From an uncultured Bacillota bacterium (GTDB lineage Bacteria > Bacillota > Clostridia > Christensenellales > Aristaeellaceae): a stretch of 64,000 nt of DNA. Shown in pieces: positions 22,430 to 31,115 of the stretch (the stretch's first letter is position 1; every line of letters starts with the position of its first letter). The position numbers and the translations under genes are program-made. A model generated the notes under the pieces. The model was not told where the DNA came from, made no database searches, and saw only the letters and a list, made by a program, of their open reading frames with translations. The DNA is taken from positions 500,694 to 564,693 of the forward strand of contig CAWVKS010000008.1 in NCBI GenBank assembly GCA_963930055.1, in the 5' to 3' direction.

Positions 22430-22826
22430 ATGAGGCAGGCAACCAAGATGTCCAGATTGACCGGGATGCTCGAAAAAGCCTTCAGGCTGCTGAATGAGGC
22501 CAAGCCGGAAACACCCATCATCACCATGTTCCCCCCACGCCCATGCCCACTGCATCACCGCGAACGTCCGGAAAACAGCCAGCGGCGGAAAGCGAGAGAT
22601 CAACATTGCCAGTGGAACGCTCGACCGGCCGATTAAAGAGATCGTTGCTTCGCTCCAACACGAAATGGTACACATATGGAACGACACCGTTCTGAACGTT
22701 CAGGATTGCAGCCGGGGTGGGCAGTATCACAACCGCCACTTCGCGCAGGAAGCCGTGATGTTAAAAGCAACCTTGTGTTTCAGCTTCGTCTCCTTTGCGC
22801 CGTTGATGCGGTTGAACACCTTCTGA
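22430..22826 (+). pseudogene. SprT-like zinc-metallopeptidase gene fragment, frameshifted
   Basis: Two overlapping ORFs in different frames (22430-22636, 22494-22826) together read …FRLLNEAKPET…INIASGTLDRPIKEIVASLQHEMVHIWND…, i.e. HExxH of the SprT-like domain. Confidence 0.3.
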
Positions 22827-22887
22827 ACGTCGCTGAGGGTAACGTGTATCTTATGCCAGGAGATTTACATTTGATCTCCGGCGGTGC

Positions 22888-22918
22888 ATAAGCAAGGCCG
22901 GCAGGTGTTAATGCTGCC
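22888..22918 (-). terminator. Terminator-like hairpin downstream of the TIR operon
   Basis: Perfect stem aaggccggcag…ctgccggcctt just past the stop of the last operon gene (22953). Weak U-tract. Confidence 0.35.
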
Positions 22919-22952
22919 GGCCTTTGAAGGGTGTTGATGCGAGGTGCGGGGG

Positions 22953-25900
22953 TCAGGAGCGGACGAGGATGTCCGTCCAGTCCGCTACGTCGCACTGGCC
23001 ATGATCGTTATTGCCCACGGCCACCACCGTGCCGTCCGACTTCAGGCCTACGGTATGATTGCCCCCGGCGCTGACCGCTACGATGTCCGTCCAGTCCGCT
23101 ACGTCGCACCGGCCGTCGTAGAAGTCTTCTGTTAATTCTTTCGCCACCACCGTGCCGTCCGACTTCAGGCCTACGGTGTGAGCGTTCCCGGCTCTGACTG
23201 CTACGATGTCCGTCCAGTCCGCTACGTCGCACTGGCCGTATTCGTTATTGCCCGCGGCCACCACCGTGCCGTCCGACTTCAGGCCTACGGTATGCCCGCT
23301 CCCGGCGCTGACCGCTACGATGTCCGTCCAGTCCGCTACCTCGCACTGGCCATCACCGTTCCAGCCCACGGCCACCACCGTGCCATCCGACTTCAGGCCT
23401 ACGGTGTGAGCGTTCCCGGCGCTGACCGCTACGATGTCCGTCCAGTCCGCTACGCCGCACTGGCCGTATTCGTTATTGCCCACGGCTACCACCGTGCCGT
23501 CCGACTTCAGGCCTACGGTATGTCCGTTCCCGGCGCTGACCGCTACGATGTCCGTCCAGTCCGCTACGCCGCACCGGCCGTCATCGTTATAGCCCACGGC
23601 CACCACCGTGCCATCCGACTTCAGACCTACGGTATGATACCACCCGGCGCTGACCGCTACGATGTCCGTCCAGTCCGCTGCGTCGCACTGGCCGACTTCG
23701 TTATAGCCCACGGCCACCACCGTGCCGTCCGACTTCAGGCCTACGGTATGCCAGCTCCCGGCGCTGACCGTCTCCCGGTCTGTGACCTGCTCCCAGAGGG
23801 CGAAACTCCGCTCGCGCGCGTTGGAATAATCGCCAAGCTGGCCATACAGGATAGCCGCCGCACCCAGATCCCCCGCCGCTTCCATGGCTTCCGCCGGAGC
23901 GAAGCGTATCGCCTGCGCGCGCTCCGGGGCGTCCTCGTAGTCGCCCGCAGCTTCAAACTCCGCTGCCGCGCCATCGGCATCGCCTGCTGCCAGCAATTCC
24001 TCTGCATTGGCGTAGTGTATTGCCTGTATGCGCTTTGCCGCATCCTGATAATTTCCGGCCAAGGCAAACTCTGCAAGCGCGCCGCTATCGTCCCCCGCCG
24101 CAAGCAGCGCTTCCGCGTGAGCGTAGTGCGCCGCGAGAGCGCGCTCCGGGGCGTCCTCGTAGTTGCCCGCAGCTTCAAACTCCGCCGCCGCGCCATCGGC
24201 ATCGCCTGCCGCCAGCAATTCCTCTGCATTGGCGTAGTGTATTGCCTGTATGCGCTTTGCCGCATCCTGATAATTTCCGGCCAAGGCAAACTCTGCAAGC
24301 GCGCCGCTATCGTCCCCCGCCGCAAGCAGCGCTTCCGCGTGGGCGTAGTGGACTCCCAGCGCCCTTGCCGGGGCGTCGCTGTAATCGCCCAGCGCGGTGA
24401 AAGCAGCGAGGGCGGCATCGTATTCGCCATTGGTCAGCAGCGCTTCCGCGTGGGCGTAGTGCGACGCGAGAGCGCGCTCCGGGGCGTCCTCGTAGTTGCC
24501 CGCAGCTTCAAATTCCGCCGCCGCGCCGCTATCGTCCCCCGCCGCAAGCAGCGCTTCCGCGTGGGCATAGTGGACTCCCAGCGCCCTTGCCGGGGCGTCG
24601 CTGTAATCGCCCAGCGCGGTGAAGGCGGTTAGGGCGGCGTCGTATTCGCCATTGGACAGCAGCGCTTCCGCATGGGCATAGTGCGCCGCAAGAGCGCGCT
24701 CCGGGGCGTCCTCGTAGTTGCCCGCAGCTTCAAATTCCGCTGCCGCGCCAGCAGCATCACCTGCCGCGAGCAATTCCTCTGCCAGAGTATAGTGGTCAGA
24801 TAACATTCGCATTGCGCGATTGCTGAGTTTGATGTCCGTCCAGTCCGCTACCTCGCACTGGCCGTCACCGTTATCGCCCACGGCCACCACCGTGCCGTCC
24901 GACTTCAGGCCTACGGTATGTAAGCTCCCAGCGCTGACCGCTACGATGTCCGTCCAGTCATCTACGTCGCACTGGCCGGAACCGTTGCCACCCACGGCCA
25001 CCACCGTGCCGTCCGACTTCAGGCCTACGGTATGAGAACTCCCGGCGCTAATCGCTACGATGTCCGTCCAGTCATCTACGTCGCACTGGCCGTCACCGTT
25101 ATCGCCCACGGCCACCACCGTGCCGTCCGACTTCAGGCCTACGGTATGATAGCCCCCGGCGCTGACCGCTACGATATCCGTCCAGTCATCTACGTCGCAC
25201 TGGCCGGAATGGTTACTACCCACGGCCACCACCGTGCCGTCCGACTTCAGGCCTACGGTATGATTGTCCCCGGCGCTGACCGCTACGATGTCCGTCCAGC
25301 CCTCTACGTCGCACTGGCCGCGACCGTTATCACCCACGGCCACCACCGTGCCGTCCGGCTTCAGGCCTACGGTATGACTCCACTCGGCGCTGACCGCTAC
25401 GATGTCCGTCCAGTCCGCTACGTCGCACTGGCCGGCGTAAGTCCCGCCGTATCCGATATACTCTGTCGCCACCACCGTGCCGTCCGACTTCAGGCCTACG
25501 GTATGATAGCCCCCGGTGCTGACCGCTACGATGTCCCTCCAGTCCGCTACGTCGCACCGGCCGGAAGCGTTATCGCCCACGGCCACCACCGTGCCGTCCG
25601 ACTTCAGGCCTACGGTATGCCATCTCTCGGCGCTGACCGTCTCCCGGTCGGCGACCTGCTCCCAGAGGGCGAAACTCCGCTCGCGCGCGTTGGAATAATC
25701 ACCGCTCCGGCCATAAAGCATGGCCGCCGCAGTCAAATCGCCTTCCGCCTCTGCGGCTTCCGCGTGGGCGTAGTGCGCCGCGAGGGCGCGCTCCGGGGCG
25801 TCCTCGTAGTCGCCCATGGCCTCGAAGGCCTGCGCGGCCTGCGCGTATTCGCCGCTCGCGTAGAGGGCTTCCGCCGCCTGATAGTTTTGGGCGGGGATAT

Positions 25901-27908
25901 AGACCTGTGTGATGTACCACGCCGCGATGGCCGCGATGGCGATGAGAAGCACGACGATGATGATATTGCGCTTATGCACCCGCTCCGCGCGCTCTTCTTC
26001 CGCCGTTTCCCGCGCTTGCAGTTCCGCCGCTTTCGCCTGACACTGCTTTGCGCGCTCGGCACTGTCCTTGTAGGCGTTCAAGTTTTGAAACGCGCTGACA
26101 AGACTTACAAATGTGGCAGCTCTTTTCGCCTCCGCCTGTTTCCGGCAAAGCCCCTGATACTCCTCTTCCCGTTTCGCCTCCGCTTCCTGCGCTTTCAGCG
26201 TCTCCATGCGCTCCTGGCACTGCTGTGCGCGTTCGGCACTGTCCTTGTAGCCCCTCAGCGCCTTGAAGGAGTCGGTGAGGCTATGGTAAGTCTCTTTGTT
26301 TTTCGCCTCTGCCTGCTTCCGGCATAGCTCCTGATAGTAGGCTTCCCGATTGGCCTCCGCTTCCTTGCAGAGCGCCTCGGCCTTGCGGTCGGCTTCGTTC
26401 AGCGCCTGGGCGTAGGCCTCCCGCGCCGCTTTTTCGGCCTCGGCGTCGCGCTGGCGGGCGCTTTGCAGGGCGGCGGCCAGGGCGTCTGCACAGGCGCGGT
26501 CTTCGGCGGCGAGCTTTTCTTTGAACGCGCCGCGGGCAAAGCTGCGGGCGCGGCGCAGGTCGCGGTCGGCGTCCAACGACTGGCGCAGTTCCTCCAGCTT
26601 TTCCTGCCAGTAGCCCAGCACGGCCTGATACGGCTCCGGGAGGGGGTAGAGGACACGGATGTTTTCCTCCAGCAGATAGCCGGGCACGGCGAAGCGCGCT
26701 GCGGCGGCCTCGGCGCGCGCTGGGTCGGGCATTGCCGCCCGCGTGGGGACGCCCTTTTCCCCGCGTTGCAGGTATTTGACGCTCTCTTCCACATGCTGCG
26801 TCAGGCTTTGCGCGCCCACGCGGGCGAGGAATTTGCCGCGCCAGGCCTCGGCGCACTCGGCGTCCATATCCAGCGCGCGGTCGAAAAATTCGTTTGCCGC
26901 CTTCCATTCGCCGTCTTCCAGCGACATTTCGCCGCGCTTGAGCAGGGCGACGAGGTTGGACGCGCCCTCGCCCTGCACGACCACCGTTTCATGGGCCGGC
27001 TCCGGCTCCTTGTCCGCGTCCAGCACCTTGTTGACGCCGCGGATGAGGTCCTGCAAAAAGCCGATCTTGCTCATATCGTAGGCCTGCAATACGGAGAGCT
27101 GTTCCGGCAGGTCGTAGGGGTCCATATCGCGGTAGCAGGGCAGGAGCAGCTTCTTTTTGTCCTTTTTCATCAGGGCGAGGAAGCGGCTCCACTCGTTTTT
27201 CACCCACACGGCGTTGAAGTTGCGCGCGCTGGTGCCCACCACGATCATCACCTTGGTAGAGTTGAGTGCGGCGAAGATGTACGGCTCGTACTGCTGGCCG
27301 GCCTTGTCCTCCAGCGTGATGCGCGCGAAGAAGACGCGGCGGCCCTGCTCCGTGAGTTGATAGTAAATCTCCTGCGCCATGATGGAATCGCGCGTGCGCT
27401 GGCCGTTTTCGTCCGTCTCCTTGTAGCAGATGAAAACGTCGAAGGGCGCTTCGGTCTGCGAGGTGGCGAGGATGCCGCGCTGCACCTCGGCGATCTTCTC
27501 CGCGTCCTGCCGGTACTGGGCGCGGGTGACGCCATCGGAATGCTGGAGGGCGGCGAGGTAGTCCACGTCCTCGAGGAAGCTATCGAAGCTGGCGCGGTGG
27601 CAGGTGGGAAGATAAGCGTGGGTGGCGGGGTCTTCCACGTATTCGATGCCGAAGCGGCAGAGGGCGCAGCACCAGTGCGCCTCGGCGTCGGTTTCGTCTT
27701 CTTCGACGATGCGCTCGTACACGGCCAGCGCCTTGTCAAATTCGCCGATGCGGCGGAAGTAGTTGCCGCGGTTGAAGGCGTTGGCGCGCTGTTCGTCGTC
27801 TATTTTGGGGAAGGTCATGGTGGAGCCGCAACTGTCGCAGGTGCCGTAGGTGCGGTCCGGCGAAAGCTCTATGTCGCCGCCGCACATTTTGCATTTGATG
27901 ATGGTCAT
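22953..27908 (-). CDS. Zn-ribbon / TIR-domain giant protein (1651 aa), paralog 1: coiled-coil, single TM helix, TPR-like repeats and two RCC1-like beta-propeller arrays
   Basis: N-terminus CKMCGG…CDSCGS zinc ribbon. TIR core FDVFICYKETDENGQRTRDSIMAQEIYYQLTEQGRRVFFARITLED…MIVVGTS…WVKNEWSRF. Duplicated coiled-coil. TM RNIIIVVLLIAIAAIAAWYITQVYI. About 16 units HTVGLKSDGTVVAVG-N--GQCDV--W-DIVAVSAG (RCC1_2-like) in two blocks, separated by about 12 TPR-like 34-37-aa units. AGGAGG RBS. Confidence 0.85.
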   Translation of the reverse strand: MTIIKCKMCGGDIELSPDRTYGTCDSCGSTMTFPKIDDEQRANAFNRGNYFRRIGEFDKALAVYERIVEEDETDAEAHWCCALCRFGIEYVEDPATHAYLPTCHRASFDSFLEDVDYLAALQHSDGVTRAQYRQDAEKIAEVQRGILATSQTEAPFDVFICYKETDENGQRTRDSIMAQEIYYQLTEQGRRVFFARITLEDKAGQQYEPYIFAALNSTKVMIVVGTSARNFNAVWVKNEWSRFLALMKKDKKKLLLPCYRDMDPYDLPEQLSVLQAYDMSKIGFLQDLIRGVNKVLDADKEPEPAHETVVVQGEGASNLVALLKRGEMSLEDGEWKAANEFFDRALDMDAECAEAWRGKFLARVGAQSLTQHVEESVKYLQRGEKGVPTRAAMPDPARAEAAAARFAVPGYLLEENIRVLYPLPEPYQAVLGYWQEKLEELRQSLDADRDLRRARSFARGAFKEKLAAEDRACADALAAALQSARQRDAEAEKAAREAYAQALNEADRKAEALCKEAEANREAYYQELCRKQAEAKNKETYHSLTDSFKALRGYKDSAERAQQCQERMETLKAQEAEAKREEEYQGLCRKQAEAKRAATFVSLVSAFQNLNAYKDSAERAKQCQAKAAELQARETAEEERAERVHKRNIIIVVLLIAIAAIAAWYITQVYIPAQNYQAAEALYASGEYAQAAQAFEAMGDYEDAPERALAAHYAHAEAAEAEGDLTAAAMLYGRSGDYSNARERSFALWEQVADRETVSAERWHTVGLKSDGTVVAVGDNASGRCDVADWRDIVAVSTGGYHTVGLKSDGTVVATEYIGYGGTYAGQCDVADWTDIVAVSAEWSHTVGLKPDGTVVAVGDNGRGQCDVEGWTDIVAVSAGDNHTVGLKSDGTVVAVGSNHSGQCDVDDWTDIVAVSAGGYHTVGLKSDGTVVAVGDNGDGQCDVDDWTDIVAISAGSSHTVGLKSDGTVVAVGGNGSGQCDVDDWTDIVAVSAGSLHTVGLKSDGTVVAVGDNGDGQCEVADWTDIKLSNRAMRMLSDHYTLAEELLAAGDAAGAAAEFEAAGNYEDAPERALAAHYAHAEALLSNGEYDAALTAFTALGDYSDAPARALGVHYAHAEALLAAGDDSGAAAEFEAAGNYEDAPERALASHYAHAEALLTNGEYDAALAAFTALGDYSDAPARALGVHYAHAEALLAAGDDSGALAEFALAGNYQDAAKRIQAIHYANAEELLAAGDADGAAAEFEAAGNYEDAPERALAAHYAHAEALLAAGDDSGALAEFALAGNYQDAAKRIQAIHYANAEELLAAGDADGAAAEFEAAGDYEDAPERAQAIRFAPAEAMEAAGDLGAAAILYGQLGDYSNARERSFALWEQVTDRETVSAGSWHTVGLKSDGTVVAVGYNEVGQCDAADWTDIVAVSAGWYHTVGLKSDGTVVAVGYNDDGRCGVADWTDIVAVSAGNGHTVGLKSDGTVVAVGNNEYGQCGVADWTDIVAVSAGNAHTVGLKSDGTVVAVGWNGDGQCEVADWTDIVAVSAGSGHTVGLKSDGTVVAAGNNEYGQCDVADWTDIVAVRAGNAHTVGLKSDGTVVAKELTEDFYDGRCDVADWTDIVAVSAGGNHTVGLKSDGTVVAVGNNDHGQCDVADWTDILVRS

Positions 27909-27926
27909 GGGCGCTCCTCCTGCGTA

Positions 27927-30401
27927 TCAGCGTTTGGTAAGGTCGGTCTTTTCCGAGCGGACGGCGGCGAGGCGCTCCTCGATCTCGCGGCGGCGTTTGC
28001 CGGTGAAGAGACCGCGGAGGGAGGCAAGCTCGTTTTGCAGGCGCGTTTCCTCGGCGGCGAGGGCGGCGAGGCGCTGCTGGCGGGCTTGTTCGGCAAGGCG
28101 GGCTTGTTCGGCGGCGCGACGGGCTTCCTCCTCGGCGCGACGGCGGGCTTCCTCCTCGGCGCGACGAGATTCTTCTTCGCGGCGGCGGGCTTCCTCCTCG
28201 GCGCGACGGGCTTCTTCGGCACGTTCTGATTCCAACATGCTAAAATTGTTAAAGAGTTTCCAGCCTTTTACGTCGCACTGGCCGCCATCGTCACCGCCCA
28301 CGGCCACCACCGTGCCGTCCGACTTCAGGCCTACGGTATGATGGTTCCCAGCGCTGACCGCTACAATGTCCGTCCAGTCCACTACGCCGCACTGGCCGTA
28401 TTTGTTATTGCCCACGGCCACCACCGTGCCGTCCGACTTCAGACCTACGGTATGATAGTCCCCGGCGCTGACCGCTACGATGTCCCTCCAGTCCGCTACG
28501 TCACACTGGACGTAATCGTTATTGCCCACGGCCACCACCGTGCCGTCCGACTTCAGGCCTACGGTATGATACATCCCGGCGCTGACCGCTACGATGTCCG
28601 TCCAGTCCGCTGCGTCGCACTGGCCGTATTTGTTCCGGCCCACGGCCACCACCGTGCCGTCCGACTTCAAGCCTACGGTATGACTCCACCCGGCGCTGAC
28701 CGCTACGATGTCCGTCCAGTCCGCTACGTCGCACTGGCCGTAATGGTTACCGCCCACGGCTACCACCGTGCCGTCCGACTTCAGGCCTACGGTATGATAG
28801 TCCCCGGCGCTGACCGCTACGATGTCCGTCCAGTCCGCTACGTCGCACTGGCCGTATTTGTTCCGGCCCACGGCCACCACCGTGCCGTCCGACTTCAAGC
28901 CTACGGTATGACTCCACCCGGCGCTGACCGCTACGATGTCCCTCCAGTCCGCTACGCTGCACTGGCCGTCATCGTTCCAGCCCACGGCCACCACCGTGCC
29001 GTCCGACTTCAGGCCTACGGTATGATGGTTCCCAGCGCTGACCAACGCCCTCGCGGGGCTTATCTTCTCGTGGACTTCTTTCACTTTCTGAATGTGTTTT
29101 TCGCGCTCAATGCGTTCACGTTCACGTTCGCGTTCACGCCGCGCTTCTTCCTCGGCAATGCGCTTCTTCTGCTCCATGTCCATACATTTCTGCACGTCTT
29201 CCAGCCAATTCAGCAAGTCCCCCTGCGCGAATTGCCGCGCGCGCTCAAAAGCCTTGTCCGGCGCATGGCGCAGCGAAATAAGCTCCTCGCGGTATTCTTC
29301 CCGCGAATGCGCCTTCGCTTTGCCCATGGCGACGCCCAGATAGGCCTCGGCCTTTTGCGGGTCGATATTCAGCGCCTGCTCGAAGAAATCGTTGGCCTTT
29401 TGCCATTCGCCATCTTCCAGCGCCATGTTGCCGCGCGTGACCAGCGTGTCCGCCGTGCCGCCGCCCGCCGCCTGCACGATGACCGGCTGCGCCGCCTGTA
29501 CCGCGCCTTTGCCCAGCAGCTTTTCCACGCCGCGCACCAAATCCTGCACCGCCCCCAGCTTGCCCATGTCCTGCCCCTGCAGGTGGGCAAATTCCTTCGG
29601 CATGTCGTAGGCGTCCACGCCCTTGTAGCAGGGAATCAGGTGCTTCTTCTGCCCCGAGGCGATGAGCGCCAAAAAGCGGCTCCATTCGTTCTTTACCCAC
29701 ACGGCGTTGAAGTATTCATAGTCCGTGCCGAATACGAGCATCACCTTGGCGCTGTTCAGCGCCGCGAAGATGTACGGCTCGTATTCCGTGCCCAATTTGT
29801 CCTCCAGCGTGATGCGCGAGAAGAAAACGCGATAGCCCTTCTCCGTCAGGGCGTCGTACACCTCCTGCGCCATCACGCTATCCGGCGTGCGCTCGCCGTT
29901 TTCGTCGGTTTCCTTGTAGCAGATGAAGATGTCGTAGGGCTGTTCCTTGCCCGACAGTTCCACGATGCGGCGACGGATGTCCTCAATGGCCTTGGCTTCC
30001 TCGCGGTACACCTTGCGCGAAACGGCGTCGGCGTTCTCCTGCGCCTGTTCAAAGTCCGGGTCCTCCAGGATGCTCTCGAAGGACGAGCGGTGGCAGGTGG
30101 GTATCTTTTTGCCGGTGGCCGGGTCGTCCACGTATTCGATGCCGTAACGACAGAGCACGAGGCCCCAGTAGGCCTCCGCCTCGGTGGGAAACTCGGCGAC
30201 GATGCTTTCGTACACCGAAGCCGCCTTGTCGAATTCGCAGGCCGCGCGCAGGCGGTTGGCCCGCGCGAACAGCGTCAGCTTCTTTTCGTTGTCCGCCGTG
30301 GGCACCGTCTGCCGCGTGCCGCAGTATTCGCACTCCGCCACGGTCATGCCCGCTTCGATATTCAGGTCGCCCCCGCACATTTTGCATTTGATGATGGCCA
30401 T
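27927..30401 (-). CDS. Zn-ribbon / TIR-domain protein (824 aa), paralog 2: TIR + about 7 RCC1-like repeats + C-terminal Arg/Glu coiled-coil, no TM helix
   Basis: First about 290 aa are near-identical to the 33935-37303 product (zinc ribbon, TPR, TIR: YDIFICYKETDENGERTPDSVMAQEVYDALTEKGYRVFFSRITLED…). Then ERERERE, RCC1-like blades, and an EEARRAEEEARR coiled-coil tail. GGGAAGGGGA RBS. Confidence 0.85.
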   Translation of the reverse strand: MAIIKCKMCGGDLNIEAGMTVAECEYCGTRQTVPTADNEKKLTLFARANRLRAACEFDKAASVYESIVAEFPTEAEAYWGLVLCRYGIEYVDDPATGKKIPTCHRSSFESILEDPDFEQAQENADAVSRKVYREEAKAIEDIRRRIVELSGKEQPYDIFICYKETDENGERTPDSVMAQEVYDALTEKGYRVFFSRITLEDKLGTEYEPYIFAALNSAKVMLVFGTDYEYFNAVWVKNEWSRFLALIASGQKKHLIPCYKGVDAYDMPKEFAHLQGQDMGKLGAVQDLVRGVEKLLGKGAVQAAQPVIVQAAGGGTADTLVTRGNMALEDGEWQKANDFFEQALNIDPQKAEAYLGVAMGKAKAHSREEYREELISLRHAPDKAFERARQFAQGDLLNWLEDVQKCMDMEQKKRIAEEEARRERERERERIEREKHIQKVKEVHEKISPARALVSAGNHHTVGLKSDGTVVAVGWNDDGQCSVADWRDIVAVSAGWSHTVGLKSDGTVVAVGRNKYGQCDVADWTDIVAVSAGDYHTVGLKSDGTVVAVGGNHYGQCDVADWTDIVAVSAGWSHTVGLKSDGTVVAVGRNKYGQCDAADWTDIVAVSAGMYHTVGLKSDGTVVAVGNNDYVQCDVADWRDIVAVSAGDYHTVGLKSDGTVVAVGNNKYGQCGVVDWTDIVAVSAGNHHTVGLKSDGTVVAVGGDDGGQCDVKGWKLFNNFSMLESERAEEARRAEEEARRREEESRRAEEEARRRAEEEARRAAEQARLAEQARQQRLAALAAEETRLQNELASLRGLFTGKRRREIEERLAAVRSEKTDLTKR

Positions 30402-30422
30402 ATGTATCCCCTTCCCAATTTT

Positions 30423-31112
30423 TTACTTGTTCAGTTTGCAGAGCCGGTTTCTTTCCGCGAGCAGGGCGGCGGTTTTGCGGCAGAGTTCGAGCACGCCGTC
30501 GCCATCGCCATCGGTGAGGGCGCGCTCCATGCTGTCCATGCAGGCGCGCAGGTCGGCTTCCAGCGGCGCGGTGGCGGCGTTGCTGACGGGGTCGCTGAAG
30601 CGGAATTCATCGGCGAGCTTTTTCAGCTGCGCGCACACCGCCTCGCCCTGCGCCTGGCCCGCCAGCGCCCCGGCGCGGGACTGCAATTCGCGCATGGCGG
30701 CGACGTCCTTTTGCAGATGGACGTCCTGACGGCGAATCTCATCGCGGATGGCGGAGGCGGCCATGCAGCCGATGGCCGCCAGCACGAAGATGACCGCTTC
30801 CACCACCAGCGCCGCCCAGAGGGGAATCCAAACGCTCAGCGCCATGCACAGCAGGCCGACGACGGCCTGCGCCAGCAGATAGACGAGTGCCAGCTGGGCG
30901 ATGGGGAAGCCATAGAGGCTATCGCGCGCCCCGCCCTTGGGGGTGAAGGCGTAAAGCGACAGAGGCAATTGCGCGACGATGGCCGCGCTGGTAAAGGCGT
31001 AGGCCAGCCAGAAGACAGGCGTGCGCACGAAGGGAATGGCAAAAGCGATGACATTAAAGAGCGCCAGCAGCAGCACGACGGTCGCGGCGACGCGCGCGAT
31101 GTTCTTTTTCAT
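30423..31112 (-). CDS. Small integral membrane protein (4 predicted TM helices + C-terminal coiled-coil)
   Basis: Hydrophobic segments (VAATVVLLLALFNVIAFAIPF; VFWLAYAFTSAAIVAQLPL; LALVYLLAQAVVGLLCMALSV; LWAALVVEAVIFVLAAIGC) followed by a helical soluble tail. AGAGGGAGG RBS. Confidence 0.6.
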   Translation of the reverse strand: MKKNIARVAATVVLLLALFNVIAFAIPFVRTPVFWLAYAFTSAAIVAQLPLSLYAFTPKGGARDSLYGFPIAQLALVYLLAQAVVGLLCMALSVWIPLWAALVVEAVIFVLAAIGCMAASAIRDEIRRQDVHLQKDVAAMRELQSRAGALAGQAQGEAVCAQLKKLADEFRFSDPVSNAATAPLEADLRACMDSMERALTDGDGDGVLELCRKTAALLAERNRLCKLNK

Positions 31113-31115
31113 GGT

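Noticed and set aside
23000-25700. Regular 114-120-nt repeats initially resembling a CRISPR-like or satellite array.
   Set aside because: Units are contiguous with no unique spacers and are in-frame coding repeats (RCC1-like blades) inside long ORFs. No cas genes or leader are present.
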